The translations under genes and the position numbers were made by a program. The notes under the pieces were generated by a model. That model worked only from the letters and a program-made list of their open reading frames with translations. It did not search any database and had not been told where the DNA came from. From positions 12,710,001-12,774,000 of the forward strand of contig OX442314.1 in NCBI GenBank assembly GCA_949358305.1: DNA of 64,000 bases, read 5' to 3'. Source of the stretch: Strigamia acuminata (taxonomy: Eukaryota). This document shows, one piece after another, positions 20,984 to 31,918 of this stretch (positions are counted from its first letter, which is position 1; each line of letters starts with the position of its first letter).

Positions 20984-23774
20984 TCGACCCTAGATACAAG
21001 ATGATTACATTCAATAGCCGCATGACCACAAGGTCATGCAACAAATCGTTTTCCCTTGTTTATCTGAATGCCCGCTCGCTCCTCCCCAAAATCGATGATC
21101 TTGCAGGTTTAGCTAATATCCACTCCCCCGATTTAATAACCATCACTGAGACGTGGCTATCCTCAGACTGCCCGAATGACATCATTGACATTCCCGGCTA
21201 CTCCATCGTCCGCTCCGACCGCCCGTCCACCGGCGGTGGTGTGGCTGCTTACATAAAAAATAGTCATAGTCCTTCTTCCATTGTAACAGTGCAGTCCGAG
21301 GGCATCGAACTTCTCTCATGTACTTTGACTAACACCAACATCGCCCTCCAAATCATCGTCCTCTATCGCCCGAGCACAAAACCTATTTCTCATGCACTAG
21401 AGCTAATCTCCGACCTAATTGCCCCTAATACCTACATTATTTTAGCAGGAGATTTCAACTATAACTTCCTCCCTCAAAACCCGACTAACATAATAAACAA
21501 TTTCATGTCTAGTTTTGGCCTCCACCCGGTCATTCACGCACCAACCCGTATAACAGACACTACTTCGACTTTAATTGACCAAATATTTGTGACCAAGAGC
21601 ATAACCTTCTCCCCCTGCCATCTTACAGACCTTGATAGACTCGACCACAAAGTCGCCTCTATTTCCTTCTCGATACCCAAACCTACAGTTCCTCGCCCCC
21701 CCAGTCGCACCAACCACTACTCATTCAAGAACTGCAACTGGGATGAAGTCAACAAGGCCATTACTCTCATTGACTGGTCTCCCATGCTCGCCACGCTGGA
21801 CCCTAATGCTAAACTCATTATTTTCTACCATGAGATAACCAACATCCTTGCTAAATTCGCCCCTCCCAAGGCCAAGTCTCGTACCAAACCTAAGCAATGG
21901 TGGACCACCGAACTCACCACCCTGCAAAAGAGGAAAACGCACGCATATCGTTACCGCTCCACACATCCCCTGAATTATAAAATTGCTCGCCGCCACTTTA
22001 AAGCCATGGTCAAGCGCAACAAGCGTAGGGCCGTCATGGCACCGAGAAACTTTTGGCGCCTAATCAGCACCCGAACTGCTGCGGTCGAACTCCCCAATTC
22101 ACCGACCGCTCTAACTGATTATGCCCACTTTTGTGACAACCCTCGTAATGTCACTACCAGCAATTACACTGAAACCGCCACACCCTCCCCACCCAATTTT
22201 CTTGATTTCAATTATGTTACCCCCGCCGACGTGTATCTGGCCGCCCTTAGGATAAATCTCTCGTCCAGGCACTCCCATGATCGCGTTCCGGGTATTGCCA
22301 TCAAGAAAATACTTCCTGCCATTGTACTCCCGCTTACAAATATACTCAACTCAATCATCGACACCTCCATATATCCCACTACCTGGAAGCATGCCGTTGT
22401 CACTCCAATCTATAAAGGCGGCGACAAAAATTCAATTAAGAACTTTAGGCCCATCTCGTCCCTCTCCCCACTGTGCAAGATTGCTGACAACACCATCCTT
22501 ATGCAAATTCGTCCAACCCTCTCGCGCCACTCCCCTTCTACCCAATACGGTACCCGTCCCGGATCAAGCGCCCAGCTGCTAATCGCTTCGCTGTACCTTG
22601 ATATCATCCACTGCTGTGACGAGTCTAAAGCCCTTCACCTTGCTAAAACAGATGTGTTAAAGGCATTTGACACCCCTCCCCAACACTACGTCCTCGATTG
22701 CCTCCGAAACCACGGCATTGGCCCTAGACCTATTAAACTCTTCGCCTCCTACTTCTCGGACAGAACCTTCCACATAGCTAATGACTTATCCCAGACCGAC
22801 TACCCCATCACTCGTGGAGTAGTCCAAGGCACCACCACTGGTCCCCTACTGTATAACTCAGCAGCGGCACCCGTCCTGTCACTCCCCCTTCAGTCACGTA
22901 TCCGGTCCTACGTAGACGACAACTTCCTGACCCAGGTTGCCGCGGCAAATCAAGAGCTCACTGCCCTGCCCCGTTTTGCACCAGACTTGACCCTCCTTGC
23001 CGACTGGTACTCAAAACACGACATGGGTCTCAATCAGGAAAAAACATCAACCCTGAGCTTCAAGCGACCCTCGAGAGGCGTCGTACCTTACCCCACCGAA
23101 CAGATTACAGTCCTGGGACTCATCCTCGACCCACATCTCACCTTTGGCCCTCATATCCGCCATTTAACTTTATTCCTTACCCGGTCAGCCTACATTGTAA
23201 AACACCTGCGCCGTGTCCTGTCCCGTACAGAAATGATCAGTTATATTAAGTCCAAGATTTACCCCGTCATCACCTATGCCTCGTCGATTTGGAACTCGAC
23301 GGCCCGCCGGTTCAAGTTCCCTCTTGCTAAGGCGTACAATGCGGTCATTCGCAACGCTTTCAACCGTTACGGTCATAACCGCATCACTCCGGTGTGCAAT
23401 GAGTTCGGTATCCTGACTTTGGACAACCTCCTCCTGCTTCATGATCTCTCCGCCATAGCAGACGTCCTCCGAAATGCTGATCATCCTGCTGATGCCATTA
23501 CGGAATTCTACCACTCTGACGTGAATACCCGGACGTCTCGGCGCCATAAGTTCGAGATCACGGTAGAGCGAACGACCTACCTACGCAAGACATTCCCACA
23601 TAGATGCACGACACTCTGGAATGATCTTCCCATCGACCTCCGCACTACGGTCTTTGACTGTGCTGCCTCAAAGTGTCGTTTCCACTGCTGCCACCTTCAT
23701 AAGCGCATAAGCAAACACCTATTAGACCAACAAGCTCTTTCATAAACCTGTATCCTACTCCACTGGAGTGTCTC

Positions 23775-23814
<40 letters not shown>
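20984..23814 (+). mobile_element. Non-LTR retrotransposon (APE+RT; L2/CR1-like), no ORF1 seen, (TAAA)n tail
   Basis: Intact ORF, ~30-bp 3' UTR and (TAAA)n tail at ~23777-23814; second partial copy at ~52096-52476. The 5' boundary is approximate and no TSD was recognised. Confidence 0.9.
21001..23745 (+). CDS. LINE ORF2: apurinic-type endonuclease + reverse transcriptase (914 aa)
   Basis: YLNARSL, ITETWL, GDFN, LIDQIF, LDH (APE); FRPISSL, KAFD, GVVQG...GPLLY, YVDD (RT). Confidence 0.93.
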   Translation: MITFNSRMTTRSCNKSFSLVYLNARSLLPKIDDLAGLANIHSPDLITITETWLSSDCPNDIIDIPGYSIVRSDRPSTGGGVAAYIKNSHSPSSIVTVQSEGIELLSCTLTNTNIALQIIVLYRPSTKPISHALELISDLIAPNTYIILAGDFNYNFLPQNPTNIINNFMSSFGLHPVIHAPTRITDTTSTLIDQIFVTKSITFSPCHLTDLDRLDHKVASISFSIPKPTVPRPPSRTNHYSFKNCNWDEVNKAITLIDWSPMLATLDPNAKLIIFYHEITNILAKFAPPKAKSRTKPKQWWTTELTTLQKRKTHAYRYRSTHPLNYKIARRHFKAMVKRNKRRAVMAPRNFWRLISTRTAAVELPNSPTALTDYAHFCDNPRNVTTSNYTETATPSPPNFLDFNYVTPADVYLAALRINLSSRHSHDRVPGIAIKKILPAIVLPLTNILNSIIDTSIYPTTWKHAVVTPIYKGGDKNSIKNFRPISSLSPLCKIADNTILMQIRPTLSRHSPSTQYGTRPGSSAQLLIASLYLDIIHCCDESKALHLAKTDVLKAFDTPPQHYVLDCLRNHGIGPRPIKLFASYFSDRTFHIANDLSQTDYPITRGVVQGTTTGPLLYNSAAAPVLSLPLQSRIRSYVDDNFLTQVAAANQELTALPRFAPDLTLLADWYSKHDMGLNQEKTSTLSFKRPSRGVVPYPTEQITVLGLILDPHLTFGPHIRHLTLFLTRSAYIVKHLRRVLSRTEMISYIKSKIYPVITYASSIWNSTARRFKFPLAKAYNAVIRNAFNRYGHNRITPVCNEFGILTLDNLLLLHDLSAIADVLRNADHPADAITEFYHSDVNTRTSRRHKFEITVERTTYLRKTFPHRCTTLWNDLPIDLRTTVFDCAASKCRFHCCHLHKRISKHLLDQQALS

Positions 23815-24022
23815 GTGAAGTGAACCATCGCTTAAATTGAACCTTATAAACGAACTAGTGACGTCTGTAACAATTGATAATCACCACCAAACGGTTTCTA
23901 ACCCTAACTAATCTGAGTCCTTCTCTAAAGTCCGCACTACCTCCGTGTTTACTATCGAAATTATCACTTTGAACATAGAACATCCAAAAACCCACACCCT
24001 TTGACAATTTGCTATTTATGTA

Positions 24023-26218
24023 TGTTGGGATGTCCTATGATGTCATTATTAATAAGCGCCACCTAGCGCCTTGTGTATAAATACGTAATAAACTTTAAGG
24101 GAAACACTTCCGATTTTACCACGTTAACGTTAACACCTTGTCCGTTATTTTTCTACAACCTCAATCACGTTACATCCAACAGGTTATGGGCCTAGGAACG
24201 CTGTAACTGCACAGGGAAGTAGCTGCAACATTGTATTTGGCATTAATCGTGCCAGAATCTAACTTTTTTGGAAAAATTGTGTTTTTGAGAGACGAGGACG
24301 ACGGTGCAGTAGCAGATGAACCCGAGCAACAGCAATTGCGACGCAACCCACCACGCAACTGCGGACCTCCGAAGCGTTTGGCGGACCACTACGCTCTCTA
24401 CACGACAATGGAACAGTGTGGGGACGATCCCAATTCGTACAGTGAGGCCATGCAACGCCCTGATGCAGACGAATGGAAACAGGCCGTTTTGCAGGAACTG
24501 GACGCACTCGAAAAGTGTAAAACTTGGGAACTCGCTGATTTGCCACCTGGGCGCAAGCCCATTACTTGTCGCTGGGTTTTCTGCATTAAACGAACAGCAG
24601 ATGGGAACCTTGAGCGATACAAAGCGCGTTTGGTAGCGCGTGGATGCTCACAAGTAGGCGGAATTGACTACGACGAGACGTTTTCGCCGGTGGTCAAGTA
24701 CACGACTTTACGGCTCCTTTTGGCGATGGCTGCTGCTAATGGATGGGAAATCTACCAGATGGACGCTGTGACTGCCTTTTTGCACGGTGAATTGAAGGAG
24801 GAAATTTATATGACGCTGCCTGAAGGACTTGAAAAATTACTTGGCAAGGCGAAATATTGTCGATTAAAAAAGGCGTTGTATGGACTTAGACAGGCCGGGC
24901 GGGCATGGTATGAGCTCCTTGACAAGGGCTTAATTGAAATTGGCTTGACACGCTCGGATTTTGACAATTGTGTTTATTTTTTACAAGATAAATGTGGAAT
25001 TATAATTGTTGCTGTTTATGTCAATGACTTTCTTATTTTCTCTAGCAGTTCGGAATTGAAACGGAGGACAAAAGGACAACTTTCATCAAAGTTTGAGATG
25101 AAAGATTTTGGCGAAGCTCATTACTGTCTTGGCATAAGATTTACCAGAGACCGGAAGCTTGGGACAATCAGTTTGGACCAGTCGGAATACATCAAGCGGC
25201 TGCTGAAACGATTTGATATGCCGGATTGCAAGCCGACCCCAACACCAACGGACCCAAGCCTGAAGCTCACCAACTTAATGGCGCCGAAGACTGCTACAGA
25301 AAGGGCGGAGATCAGCAAAGTACCTTATCAAGAGGCAGTCGGAAGTTTACTTTATGCAGCACAAGCAACAAGACCGGACATTGCACAAGCTGTGGGAGTG
25401 GTCAGTAAATTCAATTCTAATTTTGGACCTCTCCATTGGATTGCAGTGAAGCGGATCATGCGATATTTGCAAGGAACAATCAACATGAAACTGGTGTACG
25501 GAACTTCGAAAAGTTCAACGGTTGTTGGTTATGCAGACGCCGATCACGCTGGATGTCTTGATACGAGGAGGTCGACTACTGGATACCTTTTCATGGCAGC
25601 TGGTGGGGCAATCAGCTGGTCCAGTAAGAAACAACCAACTGTTGCTGAGTCAACTACAGAAGCAGAATACATGTCTGTATCGATGGCGTCTAAAGAAGCT
25701 ATTTGGTTGCGACGAGCTATTCAAGAATTGAAACCCAACGAATGCAAAGTGCCAATTGTTGTTCATTCGGATAACCAGAGCGCACTCAGATTGTCAAAGA
25801 ATGCTGTGTACCACTCCAGAACCAAGCATATTGATATCAAGCATCATTTCATCCGGGAAGTCATAAAAAATGGACATATTATCGTCAAGTTTATTGGGAC
25901 TGAGGAGATGATCGCTGATATTCTAACCAAGGGACTAACAAAAGAAAAACATCAATGGTGTACAAGGATAATGGGATTGTTAAATTAATTTTGTTTTTGT
26001 ATACCATATTTGAAACTGTTTGTTGTTGTATTTTGCATTATGTCATCAAAGTGTGGGAGTGTTGGGATGTCCTATGATGTCATTATTAATAAGCGCCACC
26101 TAGCGCCTTGTGTATAAATACGTAATAAACTTTAAGGGAAACACTTCCGGTTTTACCACGTTAACGTTAACACCTTGTCCGTTATTTCTCTACAACCTCA
26201 ATCACGTTACATCCAACA
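24023..26218 (+). mobile_element. Internally deleted Ty1/copia element with both LTRs
   Basis: 159-bp LTRs at 24023-24181 and 26060-26218 (TGTTGG...CCAACA; 2 differences seen), 5-bp TSD ATGTA, copia-type PBS GGTTATGGGCC at 24182. gag, protease and integrase are missing. Confidence 0.93.
24231..25988 (+). pseudogene. Copia RT-RNase H remnant, open frame but YVDD changed to YVND
   Basis: RYKARLVARG, QMDAVTAFLHG, LYGLRQ, AVYVNDF, GYADADHA, RTKHIDIKHHF, ADILTK. Confidence 0.88.
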
Positions 26219-26407
26219 ATGTATCGAAATGTTAAGCATATTTTCGAGAGCATGACAACGGATTAATCGTGAAATGAATACAAGAAATTTTTTTCTTTTT
26301 AATTTCAATTTTATTATTCGTAATTTAATTATTAAGCGAATAAACATTCGGTGATTTCGATGATTTTTGTTGATTTTTGTTGCATTCAATGTTATGGTCG
26401 TAGTAGT

Positions 26408-26508
26408 GAACGTACCAGGTCGAATAAAATCATCCGGGTGCAAACGATCACAATATTTGCCGAATTAAACATCATCATCAACAATCTGTCGATATACATT
26501 ATTAACCA
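26408..26508 (-). pseudogene. Small N-terminal remnant of a BC-box/LRR paralogue
   Basis: Encodes family-like VNNVYRQIVDD and RLHPDDFIRPGT. Confidence 0.7.
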
Positions 26509-26969
26509 CAAACGCGGCCGATTTTGTTTAAATGTCCCGCATAGCCAACCGGAAGTTGATCCAACGGTTCACATTGCGCATGTGCAGCAGTTGGATTTTG
26601 GGAAATTTTAAGGCCGTTCAAAGTTGAAATCCGATTTACTTGATTTCTGAAAATCCAGAAAATCAGGATTTCGGAAAGCCATTTAAGAATGAACTCACCG
26701 ACAGAATTTAAAAGTAGCGAGAAACCAAAGCAAGTTTGTAAAAAAAAAAAAATTTGCGATTTTTAAACCTATTATTTTTTTTTTATTGTTTGTTACGATG
26801 TTAATTGAAAATAAATAAAATTTCAGAATGAAAATCCTGATAGTTTCGAGAAAACGAATAAAAACACTTTTGGAGGTCAAAATTGACCCTGCTGGGGTGG
26901 GTTAATAAGAGAATTGAAAATAAATGATTGCCATTGAGCACATTGGATTTGCTTATTTGATCATGTACC

Positions 26970-28271
26970 CTATGTTATGTATTCAAGATCAAGTTCAAGA
27001 TCCAAATGTGAAACTTGAGCATAATTTGTAATCACATCACAAGCTGGTTTGTCCATACATTGGCAATTAGAAATTAATAAATCATTTAGAAGATTCTTCA
27101 TTGATACATATTTTAAAACTGTTGCTGAACTTATCGAGTGACAATGAAAAATCCTCAACTTCATGAGATTTTGCAGTAAATTCATTTCAGTGAGCTTTGT
27201 GAAGAAGTTATCGGAAAAAGATTGACAACCCCAAACGTCTAGTGTCTCTAAATTAACGGAATTTACAAATAACATCTGCAAATGTTGTTCGGATAGTGTA
27301 TTTCGTTGTTCATCAGGTGCTTCAAAAATATTTAGTATACGTAGATTTCTGAATGGAACCTGATTGGATACGATTTTTAAATTGTAAGAATTAGTTGTTT
27401 TAACACACATTGAACAATCGACCAAATATAAACTTTTTAACATTGGACAGAAAAATCCGATTTGCTGAATACTGACTGAACCAATCCTAAACAGTTCTAA
27501 GCTAGTTAGTCTCCCCATTGTTTTGGATAGTATTGATGCAACAATAGCATTAAAGCAGTTTGTGAATGTAAGTGGCCAAAATCCAATCTTACATAAATTT
27601 GGAAACATTTGGGTAACAATGCTGAGATCGTCATCTGTGCATTCACTCAGACTTAAACGTTCGAGGGAATATGGGTTTATCGTTTTGTTGGATTTAAAAT
27701 CTTGTTTTAGGAGTGGAAATAATGCGAAATCACAATCTAATTGTTTTAGAAAAGGCAGACCTTTTGCGAGTTCAAAACATCCATTAGCTGTAACTTCGGT
27801 ATATCGAACGTCTAAGTATTCAATTTTAGCGTTTTTCATACCCAGAATCATCTTGGCTAAAATCAAATCTGAGATCGCATCGTTTCCGTACAAGTGAAGA
27901 CGTTTTAGGTTGGGCAAATGTTTCACCAATCGTATTAAGCAGTCAGATGAAATTTCAAGAAATGATAAATCTAGTTCTGCCAGGTTTTTACACACTTCGA
28001 TAATTTTATCTACAATTTCGTGTATGTGCAGAGCGGAAAACCGGGCCAAATGACACAATGATCGCGTGTCAGGACGAATAAATTCATCCGTATGCAAACG
28101 ATAGTGACACGCCGTTTTTTCATCGTACCGACTATTATAAGTAACGAGGCGTCGATATATCTTATTAACCAAAGCGGGTGGAAAATTAATAAGGCGTATC
28201 TTGTCGTAATATGCAACGATTGTTTCTAAACATGATTCTTCCAAACTCGACGCTGATTTTTTAAAAGGCAT
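26970..28271 (-). CDS. BC-box/LRR family paralogue 3 (433 aa), closest to paralogue 1
   Basis: Intronless ORF; SSLEESCLETI...FPPALVNKIY + LRRs. Confidence 0.85.
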   Translation of the reverse strand: MPFKKSASSLEESCLETIVAYYDKIRLINFPPALVNKIYRRLVTYNSRYDEKTACHYRLHTDEFIRPDTRSLCHLARFSALHIHEIVDKIIEVCKNLAELDLSFLEISSDCLIRLVKHLPNLKRLHLYGNDAISDLILAKMILGMKNAKIEYLDVRYTEVTANGCFELAKGLPFLKQLDCDFALFPLLKQDFKSNKTINPYSLERLSLSECTDDDLSIVTQMFPNLCKIGFWPLTFTNCFNAIVASILSKTMGRLTSLELFRIGSVSIQQIGFFCPMLKSLYLVDCSMCVKTTNSYNLKIVSNQVPFRNLRILNIFEAPDEQRNTLSEQHLQMLFVNSVNLETLDVWGCQSFSDNFFTKLTEMNLLQNLMKLRIFHCHSISSATVLKYVSMKNLLNDLLISNCQCMDKPACDVITNYAQVSHLDLELDLEYIT

Positions 28272-29079
28272 GACGTGATGTAATAGATTCTGGCGTAAGA
28301 TGGTCAGCCTTCAAACAAATGATTACTGATCCGTGAAGCATCGCTTAAATTGAATTGAACTTGTAAACGTACTATTAACGTTCAGTGACAATTGATATCG
28401 TTTCACCAAACGGTTACCGCACATATCGTAACTAATTTTATTTTATTTTACTTTCAAATTAGTTAAAGATAAAGAATGAGGCCAAAAATATGTTACGTTG
28501 GGAATAAAAGTAATTTATTGAATTTGACAGTATAAAATGTAGTTACGGTAGTTAACTTTTTATTTACCGCATTTTAGAGTAGGTGCATTCAATAAGTCTA
28601 AAACCTATGCAAAACTCGTTTCGTGTTTGCACGTGACGTCATTCCCATTGAATAACATGTTATTCAATGGGAATGGGAACAGTACTAGTACAGTACTAGT
28701 AATAATAAAAACTACAACTACAAAAGGAAAGTTAAGGTACCATCAATTAACTAATATTGCAAATCAAACTATTAAATACTATTCGGCCAGCATTGGGTGA
28801 CAAAGCACCTACTGTATTCAAAAGTAAACAAAGCAATTTTGTAAAAAAAATAAAAAAAAATGCGATTTTTAAATCAATTATTTTTTTTTATTGTTTATTA
28901 TGATGTTAAATGAAAATAAATGAAATTTCAGAATGGATACCTTGATAGTTTTCGAGAAAAAAATAAAAACACTTTTGTAGGTCAAAATTGACCCTAGGTT
29001 GGGGTGGGGAGGGTTAATAAAAGAATTGAAAATAAATGCTTGCCTTGATCACATTGGATATGCTTATTTGATCATGTAT

Positions 29080-29795
29080 CCTAAATCATGTGTTCAAGAA
29101 CAAGTTGAACACGCAAATTAACTTGCGCATAATTTGTAATCACATCACAAGCTGGTTTGTCCATACTTTGGCAACATTTATCATGTTCTAATATTTTCTG
29201 GACAAACGGTTTGACCCGTTTATTTGAATTTTTGGCCACAAACTATCAATACATTAAGAAATAAAGTGTATATTCTGAATTGTCTATATTGTCTCTTTTT
29301 TAAGAGTAAAACATGTCCAAACCCAAAGTTAAATAAATCGCGGTTTGTCCATACTTTGGCCATACTTTGGCAGTTAGAAATTAACAAATCATTAAGAGGA
29401 TTCTTCATTGATACCAATTTTAAAACTGTTGCTGAACCTATCGAGTGACAATGACTAATGCTCAACATTTTAAGATTTTGCAGTAAATTCATTTCGACGA
29501 GCTTTGTCATCAAGTTATCGAAAAAAGATTGACAACCCAAAACGTGAGGTTCTCTAAATTAACGGAATTTACAAGTTAACATTTGCAAATGTTGTTCGGA
29601 TATTGTGTTTTGTTGTTCACCCGGTTCTTCAAAAATGAATAGTGTATGCATATTTCTGAATGGAACCTGATTGGATACTGTTTTTAAATTGTACCGTAAT
29701 AATAAGTTGTTTTAACACAGATTGGAAAATCGCTCAATAATAACAGTTGGACAGAAAAAGCCGGTCCAAACAACGCAATGATCTCGTGTCAGGAC
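29080..29795 (-). pseudogene. Degraded, internally deleted BC-box/LRR paralogue
   Basis: GCQSFFDNLMTKLVEMNLLQNL...DLLISNCQSM with frameshifts, an insertion and a large deletion. Its 3' flank (~28830-29080) duplicates that of paralogue 3 (~26730-26970). Confidence 0.8.
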
Positions 29796-30082
29796 AAAGT
29801 GAAAAGGCTCAGCCAATGGAAAATAGACCCAACTTTTAGTGAGCCAGAGTATGGTATAAAAAATGCTCGTAATAAAACATCCACTAAATGATTTATACAT
29901 TTCTTGTAGTCAAAATAAGGACTAAAACTAAATACTGCTTAAAAGTCAGAATTTCAATCTTAAAGCTAAACTGTCGACTTATAATCTAAAAGTAAAACTA
30001 AATAATTTATTCCTATCATAAGCTAAACGTTAATCAAACGTTACAAACTGTAACGTTTGATTAACGTTATCAAACAGTATAT

Positions 30083-30100
30083 TATTTAAGCGATGGTTCA
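30083..30100 (+). promoter_or_regulatory. Conserved TATA-like core-promoter motif of the LRR family (TATTTAAGCGATGGTTCA)
   Basis: Variants recur ~40-80 bp upstream of family ATGs: ~19052-19069 (-), ~28338-28352 (-), ~32590, ~34696, ~61185, ~63299, plus a displaced copy at ~23821-23840 (-). Confidence 0.6.
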
Positions 30101-30136
30101 ATGATGATCATTCCACCGAATAATGACCATCTCGTC

Positions 30137-31441
30137 ATGCCTCACAAGAAATCAGTCTTAAGTTTAGAAAAAGCGTGCTTGAAAACAATCTCTGCACATT
30201 ACAACGAAATAAGCCACGATATTATTAATTTTCCAGTCGTATTGATTAATAATATCTATCAACACATTGTAGATGAAAGCGATAATCATTACCATTGTTT
30301 ACATTCGGATGACTTTATTCGTCCTGGCACGAGATCTTTACGCTGCTTGAACCGGTTTTGCGATCTATCGGCAGACGAACTTGTGGATAAAATAATCCAC
30401 GTTTGTAAAAATCTAGTAGAGCTAGACTTGTCACACGAGGAGGTAACATCGGAAAGCGTACTAACATTGGCGAAATATTTACGAAACATCCAACGTCTCG
30501 ACCTCGAAGGAAACACCGAGATCACAGATTCCATTTTAGCCCAGATGATTTCGAGGAGCGTAAAAGTGGAATATTTAAACATTTGTTTTACCGAAGCTTC
30601 AGTAAATGGGTGTTTACAACTCGTAAAAGATCTGCCTCGTCTCAAAGAATTAGATTGTGATCCCTGGAAGTGGCGGGACTTATTTACACTCCTAAAAGAA
30701 AACTTTACTCGCAACGAAATGCGCCGCTCGTATTCTCTCGAAAGTATTAGACTGCGTAATTGGGCAGAAAAGGATCTCAGCATTGTTACACAAATGTTTC
30801 CGAATTTGCGTAAGATTGTCTTGATCGCAACTTCACCGAGGAACTGTTTTAATGCTATAGTTGCATCGATACTAAGCAAAACAGAGGAACGACTAACTAG
30901 TATAACTCTGAGCAGGATTAGTGCAGTCAATATTCGGCAAATCAGCACGTTCTGTCCAATGTTAAACAGTTTAGAATTGAGCGTTTGTTCAATCTGTGTA
31001 GAAACAACTTATTCTGATAATAATAACCCCCTTCCATTCAGAAATCTACGTTCGCTGACAATTATGGAAAAACCGATTTTGCAACTAAACGTGATGGCCG
31101 AACAAGATTTGCGCGTGTTATTGGTAAATTCCGTCAATTTAACGAGCCTAAGTGTTTGGAATTGTCAAGCTTTTTCTAACACCTTGATTACAGAGCTCAT
31201 CAAATTGAATTTACTGCAAAATCTGACAGATTTAAGCATTCTCTTGTGTCACTCGATTAGTTCTTCAACAATTTTAAAATTACTAGCAATGAAAAATCCA
31301 TTAAATGATCTGGCAATCCATGAGTGCCAAAAAATCGACAAATCTGCTTGTGATATAATTGAAAATTATGTTCACAGTCAGAATTTGGATCTTGTTCTTC
31401 ATCTTGAAGAAGACGAGGACCTTGAAGAAGACGATAATTAA
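30137..31441 (+). CDS. BC-box/LRR family paralogue 4 (434 aa from the family-consensus MP start)
   Basis: MPHKKSVLSLEKACLKTI...FPVVLINNIY + LRRs + short acidic tail. The upstream in-frame ATG at 30101 abuts the promoter motif. Confidence 0.85.
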   Translation: MPHKKSVLSLEKACLKTISAHYNEISHDIINFPVVLINNIYQHIVDESDNHYHCLHSDDFIRPGTRSLRCLNRFCDLSADELVDKIIHVCKNLVELDLSHEEVTSESVLTLAKYLRNIQRLDLEGNTEITDSILAQMISRSVKVEYLNICFTEASVNGCLQLVKDLPRLKELDCDPWKWRDLFTLLKENFTRNEMRRSYSLESIRLRNWAEKDLSIVTQMFPNLRKIVLIATSPRNCFNAIVASILSKTEERLTSITLSRISAVNIRQISTFCPMLNSLELSVCSICVETTYSDNNNPLPFRNLRSLTIMEKPILQLNVMAEQDLRVLLVNSVNLTSLSVWNCQAFSNTLITELIKLNLLQNLTDLSILLCHSISSSTILKLLAMKNPLNDLAIHECQKIDKSACDIIENYVHSQNLDLVLHLEEDEDLEEDDN

Positions 31442-31485
31442 AGAATCCACATAAATTCTAAGCAAACAACTACTTTATATCACTA

Positions 31486-31918
31486 CCGTATATACTCGCG
31501 TATAGTGCGAAATATTTATTGCAAATTTTGGACCTCGAATTGGGGGGTTGCGCATAATAAAAAAAAAAAAAAAAAAAAATTGACGTATACGTAACGTTTG
31601 GACTACGCGCGTAATTCGTACGTATATAACTTTGTTTATCCCGTTTACAACACACAATACGACCAACCGTCAATCTAAATAATGCAAATAACGCAACAAT
31701 CTAGCAATCCATCATCGAAATATAAGCAAAGAGGAAAACTTTTTTGATTTTAAAGTTTCCTTTTAAATAAATAAACTTTTCTAACCACATTTTGCAGTGT
31801 TGTGGTACACAAATGTTAATTCGCATTATATGTGCATACATCACTTATTAGCAAAAATGGCGCCTAAAATTGGGGGGTTGCATTATACGCGTGTCGCATT
31901 ATACGCAAGTATATACGG
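31486..31918. mobile_element. pogo/Tigger-like MITE
   Basis: TA|CCGTATATACTCGCGTATA ... TATACGCAAGTATATACGG|TA: terminal inverted repeats with TA TSD. Confidence 0.8.

Noticed and set aside
30289..30948. Recurrent antisense ORFs over the LRR genes and over gag/pol/ORF3
   Set aside because: Shadow frames of real coding sequence; start and stop positions are not conserved between paralogues.
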